Positions 30,759 to 39,927 of a stretch of 64,000 bases of DNA are shown piece by piece (the first letter of the stretch is position 1; each line of letters starts with the position of its first letter). Position numbers and translations under genes: made by a program. Source of the DNA: an uncultured Planctomycetia bacterium (GTDB taxonomy: Bacteria; Omnitrophota; Gorgyraeia; VGKH01; JBHPFN01). A model generated the notes under the pieces. That model was not told where the DNA came from. It was given only the letters and a program-made list of their open reading frames with translations, and ran no database searches. Location of the stretch: assembly GCA_964406665.1 (NCBI GenBank), contig CAYOSQ010000002.1:118219-182218 (forward strand), in the 5' to 3' direction.

Positions 30759-31237
30759 AAGCTAACCCTTGAGATATTAACATGAGCAAGTGCTATTGCT
30801 ATTGCATCAGTAACATCATCTTTAATTTTTTGGCTTCTGAGATTAAGCGTCATTTGAACCATGTTTTGAACCTGTGATTTTGTAGCATTGCCTCTTCCGA
30901 CAATAGATTTCTTTATTCGTGTTGCACCGTATTCAATTAAATTAATCTTTTCCTGTGCAGCAAGAAGACAAATCGTTCCTCTCACGTGTCCAAGCAGACA
31001 AGCGGTAGTCGGATGTCGATAATGAGCATAAAGTTTTTCCAAGACTAAAACTTTTGGTTTGTGTGTATTTAAAATCTCTTTCAAAGAGCTGTGAATCTTA
31101 ATCAACCTTGATTCTATCGCGGTGTTACTGGAAGTGCTAATATATCCGGCTTCAATTAGTTTAACTTGATTACCTGTTTGCTCTATTAAGCCATAACCAG
31201 TGGTTATTAATCCAGGATCTATTCCTAAAATCTTCAT
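30755..31237 (-). CDS. ruvC: Holliday junction resolvase RuvC
   Basis: ILGIDPG..TGYG, GNATKSQV, DDVTDAIAIA. Confidence 0.95.
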   Translation of the reverse strand: MKILGIDPGLITTGYGLIEQTGNQVKLIEAGYISTSSNTAIESRLIKIHSSLKEILNTHKPKVLVLEKLYAHYRHPTTACLLGHVRGTICLLAAQEKINLIEYGATRIKKSIVGRGNATKSQVQNMVQMTLNLRSQKIKDDVTDAIAIALAHVNISRVSL

Positions 31238-31242
31238 TCTTT

Positions 31243-31995
31243 TTAAGATCCGGCAGATTGCTCAAGAACGTCATCTGGAATATCAAAGTTAGCATGAACA
31301 GCTTGAACATCATCATGCTCTTCAAGAGCTTCAACTAAATTGAGCACTGCTTTAACATCTGACCCGGTAACTTTTATGGTAGAACTTGGAATCATTGTCA
31401 GTTCTGCAGAATCAGCCTCAATATTGTTTTGCTTCAGAGCTTCTTTTACTTTTTCGAAATCCGGAACTGGAATCGTAATTTCATAATTTTTATCTTCTGA
31501 CTTCATATCTTCAGCTCCAGCCTCAAGCACTATATCCATCAGCTTTTCTTCCTCAATCTTCGATTTATCTACTAATATATATCCTTTTTGCGTAAACATC
31601 CAACTAGTACTTCCTGCACCAGCCATGTTGCCGCTTTTCTTAGAAAAAAGATTTCTTAGTTCTGCGCTGGTTCGGTTTTTGTTATCGGTTAATGCTTCTA
31701 CAAGCAAAGCAACCCCTCCTTGGGCATATCCTTCATAAACAACAGACTCATAAGTAACGCCGGGGAGTTCACCTGTGCCTTTTTTAATTGCTCTATCAAT
31801 GTTGTCTAAAGGCATGTTGCTTTCTTTTGCCTTAGCTACAGCAGAGCGTAATCTAGCATTAGTATCAGTGCTTCCGCCGCCTTCTCTTGCGGCAACACTA
31901 ATTTCTTTAATTAATTTTGTGAACAGCTGGCCTCTTTTTGCATCAGCAGCTGATTTTTTGTGTTTGATGCTTGCCCATTTTGAATGTCCTGACAT
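31243..31995 (-). CDS. yebC: YebC/PmpR family protein
   Basis: MSGHSKW, YEGY, TDNKNRT, DDVQAV. Confidence 0.95.
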   Translation of the reverse strand: MSGHSKWASIKHKKSAADAKRGQLFTKLIKEISVAAREGGGSTDTNARLRSAVAKAKESNMPLDNIDRAIKKGTGELPGVTYESVVYEGYAQGGVALLVEALTDNKNRTSAELRNLFSKKSGNMAGAGSTSWMFTQKGYILVDKSKIEEEKLMDIVLEAGAEDMKSEDKNYEITIPVPDFEKVKEALKQNNIEADSAELTMIPSSTIKVTGSDVKAVLNLVEALEEHDDVQAVHANFDIPDDVLEQSAGS

Positions 31996-32143
31996 TCTCT
32001 CCTCCTTAAATTAAAATAATAAAGAAAAAATAAATCAAATTATTTTAACCACATATAAAAAAAGGATGATGATTTTTAAATTTAATCAGATTGAATTGTT
32101 TCTTTTTCATTACTATTTTTGTAGGGAGCAGGTTTTTTTTTCT

Positions 32144-32537
32144 CGCGATTGGCAGGTAAGCCGAGTTCTGTTGTTCGTCCGATTTTTGCGGACTAGATGA
32201 TCATTTATCTCGCCTCTGTGTTGCCACAGAGATCTTGCAGCCTACCCTCGCGACGATCTTTTAAAAAGATACGAGCGGGCCACTCTTCATCCAAAATGGA
32301 TTCATCGCGACTATTTAGCCTTGCTCAGCGCAGAGATTGCCTCGTTTCACTAACCTGATAACACAGGTTACTCGTCTCTGTGGCTCTACTTCTCATGAAG
32401 AGAAGCTACTTTAAAAAGTATATCCTACCCCAGAAAAGTTAACTGGGGCGTCCCGATTTTATCAGGATGCGCCGCCCTCTTGAGCCCGGACTTTCCTGCC
32501 CGACGCGTTGTCGGACTAATCATCTTTCCTGCCCGCG
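32144..32537 (-). ncRNA. rnpB: RNase P RNA
   Basis: Conserved regions AGGAAAGUCCGGGCUC, GCCACAGAGA, UGAAAC, AGAUAAAUGAUC, ACAGAACUCGGCUUA; P1-P5 pairings found by eye; ends approximate. Confidence 0.93.
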
Positions 32538-32949
32538 CAGAAAACATAACCTGCTCCTTTACAGCCTGCGTTGCTAAAAAATCAGCGTTTTGATTCTTTT
32601 CTCTGACAATATGAGTTATTTCAAAATGCTTAAAACCAGTAATCGCATGTGTAGCTATTTCAAAAAGGAATTTTATATTTGGATTTTTGACCTTGTATTC
32701 TTTATTTATTTGCTTAGCTAAAAGCTGACTGTCTGTTTTCACGGAAACATGCTTAGCTTTAAGAATGAGCGCGGCTTGTAAAGAAAATATTAAGGCAACA
32801 TATTCAGCAACATTATTTGTCGTATATCCGATATATCTGCCAAATTCTTTGACAACTTTATTATTTTTTAAAATAACAACGCCAACCCCAGCTAGGCCTG
32901 GATTTCCCTTTGAGGCACCATCAATAAAAATTTCAAATTTTTCTTTCAC
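32425..32949 (-). CDS. rnhA: Ribonuclease HI; C-terminal tail overlaps rnpB
   Basis: IDGASKGNPG, TNNVAEY, TDSQL, REKNQNAD. Confidence 0.92.
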   Translation of the reverse strand: MKEKFEIFIDGASKGNPGLAGVGVVILKNNKVVKEFGRYIGYTTNNVAEYVALIFSLQAALILKAKHVSVKTDSQLLAKQINKEYKVKNPNIKFLFEIATHAITGFKHFEITHIVREKNQNADFLATQAVKEQVMFSARAGKMISPTTRRAGKSGLKRAAHPDKIGTPQLTFLG

Positions 32950-33671
32950 TGTTCATCCTCTATAAATAAAATCCTGGCACAAGCTTCGCAAACTACTATG
33001 CGATCTTTCATTTTAATTTCATTAACAATCTGTGGTGTTACGGTTAAGTGACAACCCATGCAAGCAAAATCTTTAACAGGGCTTAACGCATGTCCATCTC
33101 GACTAATCAATATTTTCTCATACTGAGAAAGAATGGTTCTTTCAATATCGGGTAGAATTTGAGACCTTTGAGCTTCAAATTTTTTTAGAGCTTCTCCTAT
33201 TTCTTTTATTCTGTCGTCAACTTCTTTCTTTTGTGAATTAAAAACCTGCTCTTCCTCATTAAGCCTTGTCTGCTCCGTAGTTATTTTATCACCAAGAGAG
33301 TCCACTTGGTCAAAATTATTTAGAATCTCTTCTTCAAGCACAGACTTATCAGCTTTTGCAGAATCAATCTCTGAGAGCATGGCTGAATATTCTTTATTAG
33401 TTTTTAGTGCAGATAATTGATTATTTAACTTGGCTATTCCTTCTTCTTTTGACAAAAGCTGATTTTCTTTATCTTTTCTGTTTACTAAAAGCTGTTTTTT
33501 CTGTTCTTCGAGTTCTTTCAAATGAGCTTTTTTTGCTTCAAATTGTTCTTTTAATTCAGCAATTTTAGCGGGTTTTTCTTCTTTTTCTTGATTCAAGGAA
33601 TAAATCTGAGAATCGATTTCTTGTAAATCTATTAGTTTTTCTATTTGTTCCTTGAAATTTATACTATTCAC
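32946..33671 (-). CDS. Coiled-coil C4 zinc-ribbon protein (CT398/DUF164-like)
   Basis: LQEID, TNKEY, CMGC...CEACARIL; start re-assigned to GTG at 33671 because the track start lies inside tRNA-Val. Confidence 0.88.
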   Translation of the reverse strand: MNSINFKEQIEKLIDLQEIDSQIYSLNQEKEEKPAKIAELKEQFEAKKAHLKELEEQKKQLLVNRKDKENQLLSKEEGIAKLNNQLSALKTNKEYSAMLSEIDSAKADKSVLEEEILNNFDQVDSLGDKITTEQTRLNEEEQVFNSQKKEVDDRIKEIGEALKKFEAQRSQILPDIERTILSQYEKILISRDGHALSPVKDFACMGCHLTVTPQIVNEIKMKDRIVVCEACARILFIEDEQ

Positions 33672-33691
33672 AAATTTCCTTTTTTTCAATA

Positions 33692-33765
33692 TGGGCGATA
33701 CAGGATTTGAACCTGTGACCTCCACAATGTGAGTGTGGCGCTCTAACCAACTGAGCTAACCGCCC
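33692..33765 (-). tRNA. tRNA-Val(CAC)
   Basis: GGGCGGTTAGCTCAGTTGGTTAGAGCG-CCACA CTCACAT TGTGG-AGGTCACAGGTTCAAATCCTGTATCGCCCA; CCA not encoded. Confidence 0.95.
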
Positions 33766-33781
33766 TCCTAATAGTATTCTC

Positions 33782-33855
33782 TGGGCCCAAGAGGACTCGA
33801 ACCTCTGACCAGCTGATTATGAGTCAGCTGCTCTAACCGACTGAGCTATGGGCCC
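33782..33855 (-). tRNA. tRNA with CAT anticodon, probably tRNA-Ile2
   Basis: GGGCCCATAGCTCAGTCGGTTAGAGCA-GCTGA CTCATAA TCAGC-...GGTTCGAGTCC...GGGCCCA; paired G1-C72 and no 3GC anticodon stem, so not initiator. Confidence 0.9.
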
Positions 33856-33878
33856 TGATTATCTTAAACTGAAAAATT

Positions 33879-33907
33879 ATTATACTTGCTTTCTGAGCCT
33901 ATGTAAA
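33879..33907 (-). promoter_or_regulatory. sigma70 promoter upstream of the tRNA pair
   Basis: TTTACA-17bp-TATAAT. Confidence 0.7.
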
Positions 33908-33972
33908 GTTTTTTATTACAATAATTTAAATAAACTTTAAGTGTAGTTTTTTGGGGAGATTTAAAGAAATTG

Positions 33973-34560
33973 TTATCTGGCAGAAACTCCGGGCAAACGT
34001 ACCGAAGTAGATATTTCAATTCGTGGATTTTCGATTGATTCTGGTTGCGAAAAATCATCCAAAGCAGCTATGGAAAAATTAATAAAGGGAGACGACGAGT
34101 CTCCAGTATCGTCAAAATTTACAGAAATGATATTGTTCGCAATAATATCATAGTTTAAGCCAGAATCATGGGAAACTCGAAACTGTCCGTTTCCAGCATT
34201 GTAATCGTAAAGTATGCTATAGGTATCAGCTGCATCAACTTTTCCATCATAGGGAAAACTATCTGGTCTAATTTGAACACCTTCACCACCTGCAACTATC
34301 ATAACCCCACGCATAGATCCGTCTCCGGGATCAAGCGCACCATAGCCAATAGCCTTGACTAAATCAGAAACAACACTTTCTGTTGCCAAGCCAACTTCAT
34401 TGGCTATTTGAGATTGTTTGCTGGCATTATGAAGCATTCGCCTGGCAACGATATCAACGCTTGTAGCAGCTCCGATTGCAAGCGCAATTAGACCAGCCGC
34501 AATTATAAGCTCTGTTAATGTAATACCTTTTTTATTAGAGAAGTGTTTAATTTGGCTCAT
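33973..34560 (-). CDS. Minor type IV pilin (PilW-like)
   Basis: Class III signal KKG|ITLTELII followed by hydrophobic helix. Confidence 0.8.
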   Translation of the reverse strand: MSQIKHFSNKKGITLTELIIAAGLIALAIGAATSVDIVARRMLHNASKQSQIANEVGLATESVVSDLVKAIGYGALDPGDGSMRGVMIVAGGEGVQIRPDSFPYDGKVDAADTYSILYDYNAGNGQFRVSHDSGLNYDIIANNIISVNFDDTGDSSSPFINFSIAALDDFSQPESIENPRIEISTSVRLPGVSAR

Positions 34561-34996
34561 CCCAGGAAATAATTATTTCAACTTTACGCATCGGCTCGCC
34601 AGCAAAAGGCTCGGTAACTTCATATATCACAGATAAGTTTTCAACATTAGTTTTAAGCGGGTGATCTGCCGGAACAGAACCAGCAATTTCTGTTGGAACG
34701 CCCAGCGGCCATAATGGATTTGCTGCATTCTCCCAGAGCTCTGCTCCAACGCCTCTGTTAAAATTTTCTAGAAAATCAGTTGCTAAAGTTGCAGCTTGAA
34801 GTCTACGTTGTGACCGGCTGATAAATTTATTTGCTGCAACAAAAGCACCAATAATTCCTGCTGTAACAGTTGCCAGAAGAATCATTGAGATTAGTATTTC
34901 AATTAGAGTAAACCCTGCCAAACGGTTGTTTTTCGCTAACCGCAAAGCAGGGTTTAATATTTTTTTTCTTAAATCTTTGCTTTTCAAATTACGCAA
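34547..34996 (-). CDS. Minor type IV pilin (PilV-like)
   Basis: AG|FTLIEILIS...; C-terminal KVEIIISW. Confidence 0.82.
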   Translation of the reverse strand: MRNLKSKDLRKKILNPALRLAKNNRLAGFTLIEILISMILLATVTAGIIGAFVAANKFISRSQRRLQAATLATDFLENFNRGVGAELWENAANPLWPLGVPTEIAGSVPADHPLKTNVENLSVIYEVTEPFAGEPMRKVEIIISWDEPN

Positions 34997-34999
34997 TGA

Positions 35000-35386
35000 T
35001 TAAAAAGCGTTTAGAAATGTTCCAGTACCAGAAAGAGATCCGTCTCCACACATTATAACAGTTCCTCCTGCTGCTTCTGTCCAAGTAGCAGTAAGAGTAA
35101 AGTCAGCACTAGCGCATGCTCCAGGTACGACAATTCCATAAGTGAACGCGGCTCCGCCAGCGATATCAGGATCTTCTATATCCAAATCACCTTTATTAGC
35201 AGTATAGGAATTGTTTACGGCAAAATAGCGGAATTCAGCACTTCTTAAAGCTCCAAGGTTTAAAACAGCTTCTGAAGCTGTTGCCTTTCTGGTTGTGTCA
35301 ATAAACCTAGGTAGTGCCATGCTGGCTAAGATACCAATAATAATTACAACTATAATCAACTCTAACAACGTAAAACCTTTTTTCAT
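35000..35386 (-). CDS. Type IV pilin, probable major subunit
   Basis: MKKG|FTLLELIIVVIIIGILA..ALP; two C-terminal Cys; strong AAGGAGG SD. Confidence 0.88.
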   Translation of the reverse strand: MKKGFTLLELIIVVIIIGILASMALPRFIDTTRKATASEAVLNLGALRSAEFRYFAVNNSYTANKGDLDIEDPDIAGGAAFTYGIVVPGACASADFTLTATWTEAAGGTVIMCGDGSLSGTGTFLNAF

Positions 35387-35472
35387 CTTTCCTCCTTTTA
35401 AGTTTTTTATATATTAAAAAATATAATTATTGTCCTATTGTTTTGTTTAGCTACCACCTCCTTTTGTTTGCC

Positions 35473-36705
35473 CTATCCTCCAAAACCACGCATTGTTGCC
35501 ATGTTAATTATCGGCAAAAACATGGAAATTACAATAACACCAACAAGCAGTCCCATAATTACCAAAGCAATTGGTTCAAATAAAGTTGTCAGACGTTCAG
35601 TGAAAGTATCAACGTATTCTTCGTAAAACTGAGCGATTCTTTTAAGCATGTTGCCTAAATCGCCAGTTTCTTCTCCGATCATGATCATCTGCACAACCAT
35701 TGGTGGAAAGAATCCACTTTTAATCATAGGGTCTACAACAAGTTTCCCCTCACGAACATTATTTTTAATATCCTCAACAACTTTTCCCATGATGCCTTCA
35801 CCCATCATTCTCTGTGTTATTTCTAATGTGTAAAGTATGGGAACTCCACTTTCTATTAAAATAGACATTTGTGAAGTAAACCGTTCAATCATTGCAACTT
35901 TAAAAAAGTTTCCAAAGAGCGGAATTTTAAAAGTAATAGCTTCTATAGTTCTTCTGCCGATTGCTGTCTTGGCATATCTTTGAACAGCATAGATTATAGC
36001 ACAAAAACCTAAAATCAATAACAAAAATTTATTTCTTACAAATTCGAAAAATCCCAAGACTCCCAATGTTAAAGCAGGCAATTGCATGTTTAGCGATTCA
36101 AATATTTTATCGAACGTCGGGATAATCTTATAAGCAAAAAAGGCAACTGCGCCACAACAGAGAACAACAAGTATTACTGGGTAGAACATAGCGGATACAA
36201 CCTTGCCTTGAAAAGCAGCTTTTTTTTCAAGATATACTGCCATTCTATTTAAAACCTGAGGAAGGGTTCCCGAGGCTTCGCCGACTTCACTTAAACTAAC
36301 CCAAAATTGATCAAAAACTTTGGGATATTTTGCTAAGCCACTACTTAACGAAAGACCTCTTTCTAAATCCTTTTTTAGGCTCACCAAAGTTTCCTGCAGC
36401 TTTTTACTTTCCACCTGAAGACTTATTATGTCAATACTTCTTAATAAGGTGACTCCCGCATCAAGCATAGTAGCAAGCTGTCGAGCAAAAGTTACTAAAT
36501 CTCGAAGATTAAGGTTGCCACGTTTAGCTTTTTTTCCAATGACCGTTGTTTGTTTTTTTGGTTCCTTTGCTTCTGGCTCGATTCTGATAACAAAATAACC
36601 TTTTGATTGCAGAGATTGAGCTAGTGCTTCTTTAGTTTTAGCTTCTTCAGAAGCAGTTATTCTTTTACCTGTGTTATCTGTTATCGTGTATGAAAATCTT
36701 GGCAT
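35473..36705 (-). CDS. pilC: Type IV pilus platform protein PilC/GspF
   Basis: RQLATMLDAG, GEASG, MFYP, GEETG, FEP, MFLP. Confidence 0.93.
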   Translation of the reverse strand: MPRFSYTITDNTGKRITASEEAKTKEALAQSLQSKGYFVIRIEPEAKEPKKQTTVIGKKAKRGNLNLRDLVTFARQLATMLDAGVTLLRSIDIISLQVESKKLQETLVSLKKDLERGLSLSSGLAKYPKVFDQFWVSLSEVGEASGTLPQVLNRMAVYLEKKAAFQGKVVSAMFYPVILVVLCCGAVAFFAYKIIPTFDKIFESLNMQLPALTLGVLGFFEFVRNKFLLLILGFCAIIYAVQRYAKTAIGRRTIEAITFKIPLFGNFFKVAMIERFTSQMSILIESGVPILYTLEITQRMMGEGIMGKVVEDIKNNVREGKLVVDPMIKSGFFPPMVVQMIMIGEETGDLGNMLKRIAQFYEEYVDTFTERLTTLFEPIALVIMGLLVGVIVISMFLPIINMATMRGFGG

Positions 36706-36708
36706 TTT

Positions 36709-38421
36709 TTAAACCTCTCCGTATGTTACGCTTAAAACTTCTTCTAAGCTAGTAATTCCTGCCTCTACTTTTTTTATACCATTGTCAAAAAGAGACATCA
36801 TACCGGCTTTTCTTGCCTCAGCCTTAACTGTTTGATAATCTACTTTCTTTCGAATGAGACTCTTGATGGAATCAGTAACCGCCATAACTTCACCTAGTAA
36901 AACTCTACCCTTGTAACCAATCTGATTGCATTCCTCACAACCCTTGGCGCGATAAATCGGTCCCTGAGCATTAATTTTGATATCGCCTAAATCATCAGGC
37001 TTTGGTTCGTAGGCCTCTTTACATTTTGGACACAATCTTCTAGCAAGTCGCTGTGCAACAATACACAATAGAGAAGGCATTAAAAGATATGGCTCAACCC
37101 CGATATCTAATAGTCTTGTTACAGCAGATGGTGCATCGTTAGTATGCAAGGTGCTCAATACCATGTGTCCGGTTAAAGATGCTCTAACGCATATTTGAGC
37201 GGTTTCTAAATCTCTGATTTCGCCTACCATTATTACATCAGGATCTTGGCGCAAAAATGAACGCAATGCTGAAGCAAAAGTTAAGCCAATTTCTGGCCGA
37301 ATTTGTACCTGATTTATATCTTCGAGACGATATTCAACTGGATCTTCGATGGTGATTATATTCATTTTGGGATTAACAACTTCATTTAATCCAGCATAAA
37401 GAGTTGTTGTTTTTCCGCTTCCGGTTTGTCCAGTTAAAAGAACAAGGCCGCACATAGAATGAATTGATCTTCTAAAAACCTCAAGCTGCTTTGGTTCAAA
37501 TCCAAGAACAGATAAATCTAAAGGAGCATTCCCTTTATCTAGAATTCTTATTACAACTTTTTCTCCATATATTGTGGGAATACAAGAAACTCTTAAATCA
37601 ACAACGCGATCTTCCAGCTTTACAATAAAAGCTCCATCTTGAGGTAATCTTTTTTCTGCGATATCAAGCTTTGTTAAAATCTTTATTCTTGAGACCAAAG
37701 GCAAGTGCAAATGTTTTGCCGGAGGAGGTATTTCATAAAGAATACCATCAATCCTATATCTAAGGTTGATTTTTTCTTTAAAAGGTTCTATGTGGATATC
37801 AGAGGCTCTTTCATCAATTGCTTGTCTTATTATCAAATCAACCAATTTAACAACCGGAGCTTCTTCTGCTCTGGCAATTAATTTATCAAGGCTCAACTCT
37901 TCGTGTTCAAAAACCCTGTCTTCGATTGAGGTTTCTACCCCATATGACTCCTTGACTGCTTCTCCAAGCATATTTGTTTTAGAATAAAAATCTTCAATCG
38001 CTTTTAGAATATCGGTTCTGGGTGCAACAACGAGGTTAATTTCGCAGCCAGTAAGCTTTTTTAAATTATCAATAAGAATTACATTTAGTGGATCAAAGAT
38101 AGCGCAGGTTAAAGAATTCAAATTTCTTGATAAAGGTAAAACAAGATTTTTTTGAGCAAAATCTTTTGTTATCAATTGATCCAGTTCTTGATCTTGAGAC
38201 GGAGTTAGCAAACCAGAACTTTTTGAAGCATAGGGAATCGAAAGCTGTTTTCCTAGAGCAGCTACCATGTCTTCTTCTTTTATTATACCGAGTCTAATTA
38301 GCACTTCTCCGATACGTCCACCTTCTTGCTTTTGGGCAGACATAGCTTTTTCCAGCTGCTCTGAAGAAATGAGATTTTGCTTAATTAATATTTCGCCAAG
38401 TCTTAAATGTGTTTTTGTCAT
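36709..38421 (-). CDS. pilB: Type IV pilus assembly ATPase PilB with near-canonical MshEN domain
   Basis: RLGEILIKQNLISSEQLEKAMSAQ and RIGEVLIRLG..ALGKQ; GQTGSGKTT; GEIRD; CPKC/CEEC. Confidence 0.93.
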   Translation of the reverse strand: MTKTHLRLGEILIKQNLISSEQLEKAMSAQKQEGGRIGEVLIRLGIIKEEDMVAALGKQLSIPYASKSSGLLTPSQDQELDQLITKDFAQKNLVLPLSRNLNSLTCAIFDPLNVILIDNLKKLTGCEINLVVAPRTDILKAIEDFYSKTNMLGEAVKESYGVETSIEDRVFEHEELSLDKLIARAEEAPVVKLVDLIIRQAIDERASDIHIEPFKEKINLRYRIDGILYEIPPPAKHLHLPLVSRIKILTKLDIAEKRLPQDGAFIVKLEDRVVDLRVSCIPTIYGEKVVIRILDKGNAPLDLSVLGFEPKQLEVFRRSIHSMCGLVLLTGQTGSGKTTTLYAGLNEVVNPKMNIITIEDPVEYRLEDINQVQIRPEIGLTFASALRSFLRQDPDVIMVGEIRDLETAQICVRASLTGHMVLSTLHTNDAPSAVTRLLDIGVEPYLLMPSLLCIVAQRLARRLCPKCKEAYEPKPDDLGDIKINAQGPIYRAKGCEECNQIGYKGRVLLGEVMAVTDSIKSLIRKKVDYQTVKAEARKAGMMSLFDNGIKKVEAGITSLEEVLSVTYGEV

Positions 38422-38424
38422 TTT

Positions 38425-39927
38425 CTATCTTCTAAAATTTTTAATAAGATCAATTTTGTCCAGTTCGCTATTTATTTCCCTATAACGCTTTACTGGTTTA
38501 TCTTGCTCCCTTTCTAAGTTATAGGTAGATATCATTGTGTTATTATTGTTCGCCGCTATACTTCTCTCGTTTATTATACGAGGTGTTATGAAAATAATCA
38601 ACTCTCTATCTTCATCTTGACTTTTATCATTATGTCTAAACAATACTCCCATTATGGGCACATCACCTAAAAAAGGAACTTTCGTAACTGTTTGATTTAG
38701 CTGCTTTCTTAAGAGTCCGCCTATGACAACAGTCTGACTATTTTTTATCCTAACAACTGACTTAGTGCCTCTTTCTTCCGGATCTTTAAACGTGGTTCCC
38801 CCGAAGGTTCCGCCCTGCCTGGCTTCACTAACTGTTGGTTCGATAAACATAGTGATTTCGCCGGTTACATAGTTAACCTGTGGGGTGACTTTTAAAGAGA
38901 CACCTGTTGTTGCCCTTTCTGCTTCAGAAGTTTGGCTAGCCGTCCCTTCCGAAGCCTGTGTTGTAGTTTTAAGCCCAATTGCTTCGTCAGTTGTAATTTT
39001 AATCTCAGCTGTTTCATTGCTAAGTGTTAAAAGGCGTGGTCTAGCTAAATATCTTGTTTTTGCATCAGACTTGAGTATATTTATGAGCCCTGTGAATCTA
39101 GATAAATCCAACGTTCCAACAGTATATGTAGTAGGGGTACCCGATTTTGCAACCGCCTCTGAATTTTCAAAAGGCCAGTATGATGTATGCGTTGGACCAC
39201 TATAGCTTATGGGTTGCTCACCAATCTTAAAGCCAATTTTATCAATAAGGTTTTTACTTACATCTAACATTTCAACCTCAATTAAAACCTGAGGAATAGA
39301 AATATCTAATTTTGATATTGTGCTTTCAATTAAAGGGAATTGACTAGCAATATCAGTTACAAGCAAACTGTTTGTACGAGAATTTTCAACCACTCTTCCA
39401 TTTTCAGTGAGCACTTCCTCAACAGCTTCTTTTATGCCGCTGCTTCCTTCTGCGTCATCCGAATCGCTGCTTCCTTCAGCAGAGAATCCTTCAGAGATTT
39501 GTTTTGTTAATCGAGAATTGGTAGTTGTAGCATATTTTAAATAAAAAATCTTAGTAATAGTTTCAATTTTAGGACGATCTATTTCTTTGACCACGAAAAT
39601 ATTTCCACCTTTTTTCATCTCGTATGTTAAATTATTAGCTGTTAAAATGCTCTCAAGCGCTTTCTCGACAGGAACTTTCTCAAGGTAAATAGTGAGGGTT
39701 TTATCTTCAATGGAACTATTGGCGATGAAGTTCATTCCTGACTGCTGAGAGAATATCTTCAGCACATCTTTTAAGTTTGCATCTTTAAAATCCATAGATA
39801 TCTGTTTTGAATATTCGGGATAAATAAAACTATCAAAAGCATCTCCTAGCTCAAGAAAAGAGCCTAAAAAAATGAGCGTAATTAAGAATATCGGTAAAAC
39901 GAAAATCTTTCTTCCTAATATTTTCAT
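38425..39927 (-). CDS. Secretin (PilQ/GspD family)
   Basis: ISMDFKDANL STN-like domain, QVLIEV, GVSLKVTP, IGGLL, VPFLGDVPIMGVLF, IFITPRI. Confidence 0.92.
   Translation of the reverse strand: MKILGRKIFVLPIFLITLIFLGSFLELGDAFDSFIYPEYSKQISMDFKDANLKDVLKIFSQQSGMNFIANSSIEDKTLTIYLEKVPVEKALESILTANNLTYEMKKGGNIFVVKEIDRPKIETITKIFYLKYATTTNSRLTKQISEGFSAEGSSDSDDAEGSSGIKEAVEEVLTENGRVVENSRTNSLLVTDIASQFPLIESTISKLDISIPQVLIEVEMLDVSKNLIDKIGFKIGEQPISYSGPTHTSYWPFENSEAVAKSGTPTTYTVGTLDLSRFTGLINILKSDAKTRYLARPRLLTLSNETAEIKITTDEAIGLKTTTQASEGTASQTSEAERATTGVSLKVTPQVNYVTGEITMFIEPTVSEARQGGTFGGTTFKDPEERGTKSVVRIKNSQTVVIGGLLRKQLNQTVTKVPFLGDVPIMGVLFRHNDKSQDEDRELIIFITPRIINERSIAANNNNTMISTYNLEREQDKPVKRYREINSELDKIDLIKNFRR

Noticed and set aside
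33672-33725. N-terminal extension of the Zn-ribbon ORF (MEVTGSNPVSP)
   Set aside because: It is the translated T-arm of tRNA-Val; the GTG at 33671 has its own SD-like site
33864-34058. 64-aa minus-strand ORF
   Set aside because: Alternative frame overlapping the pilin 3' end and the tRNA promoter
35387-35472. Orphan AAGGAGGT and several GGA motifs upstream of the major pilin
   Set aside because: No properly spaced start codon and no clear hairpin context; too weak to call a small ORF or CsrA site
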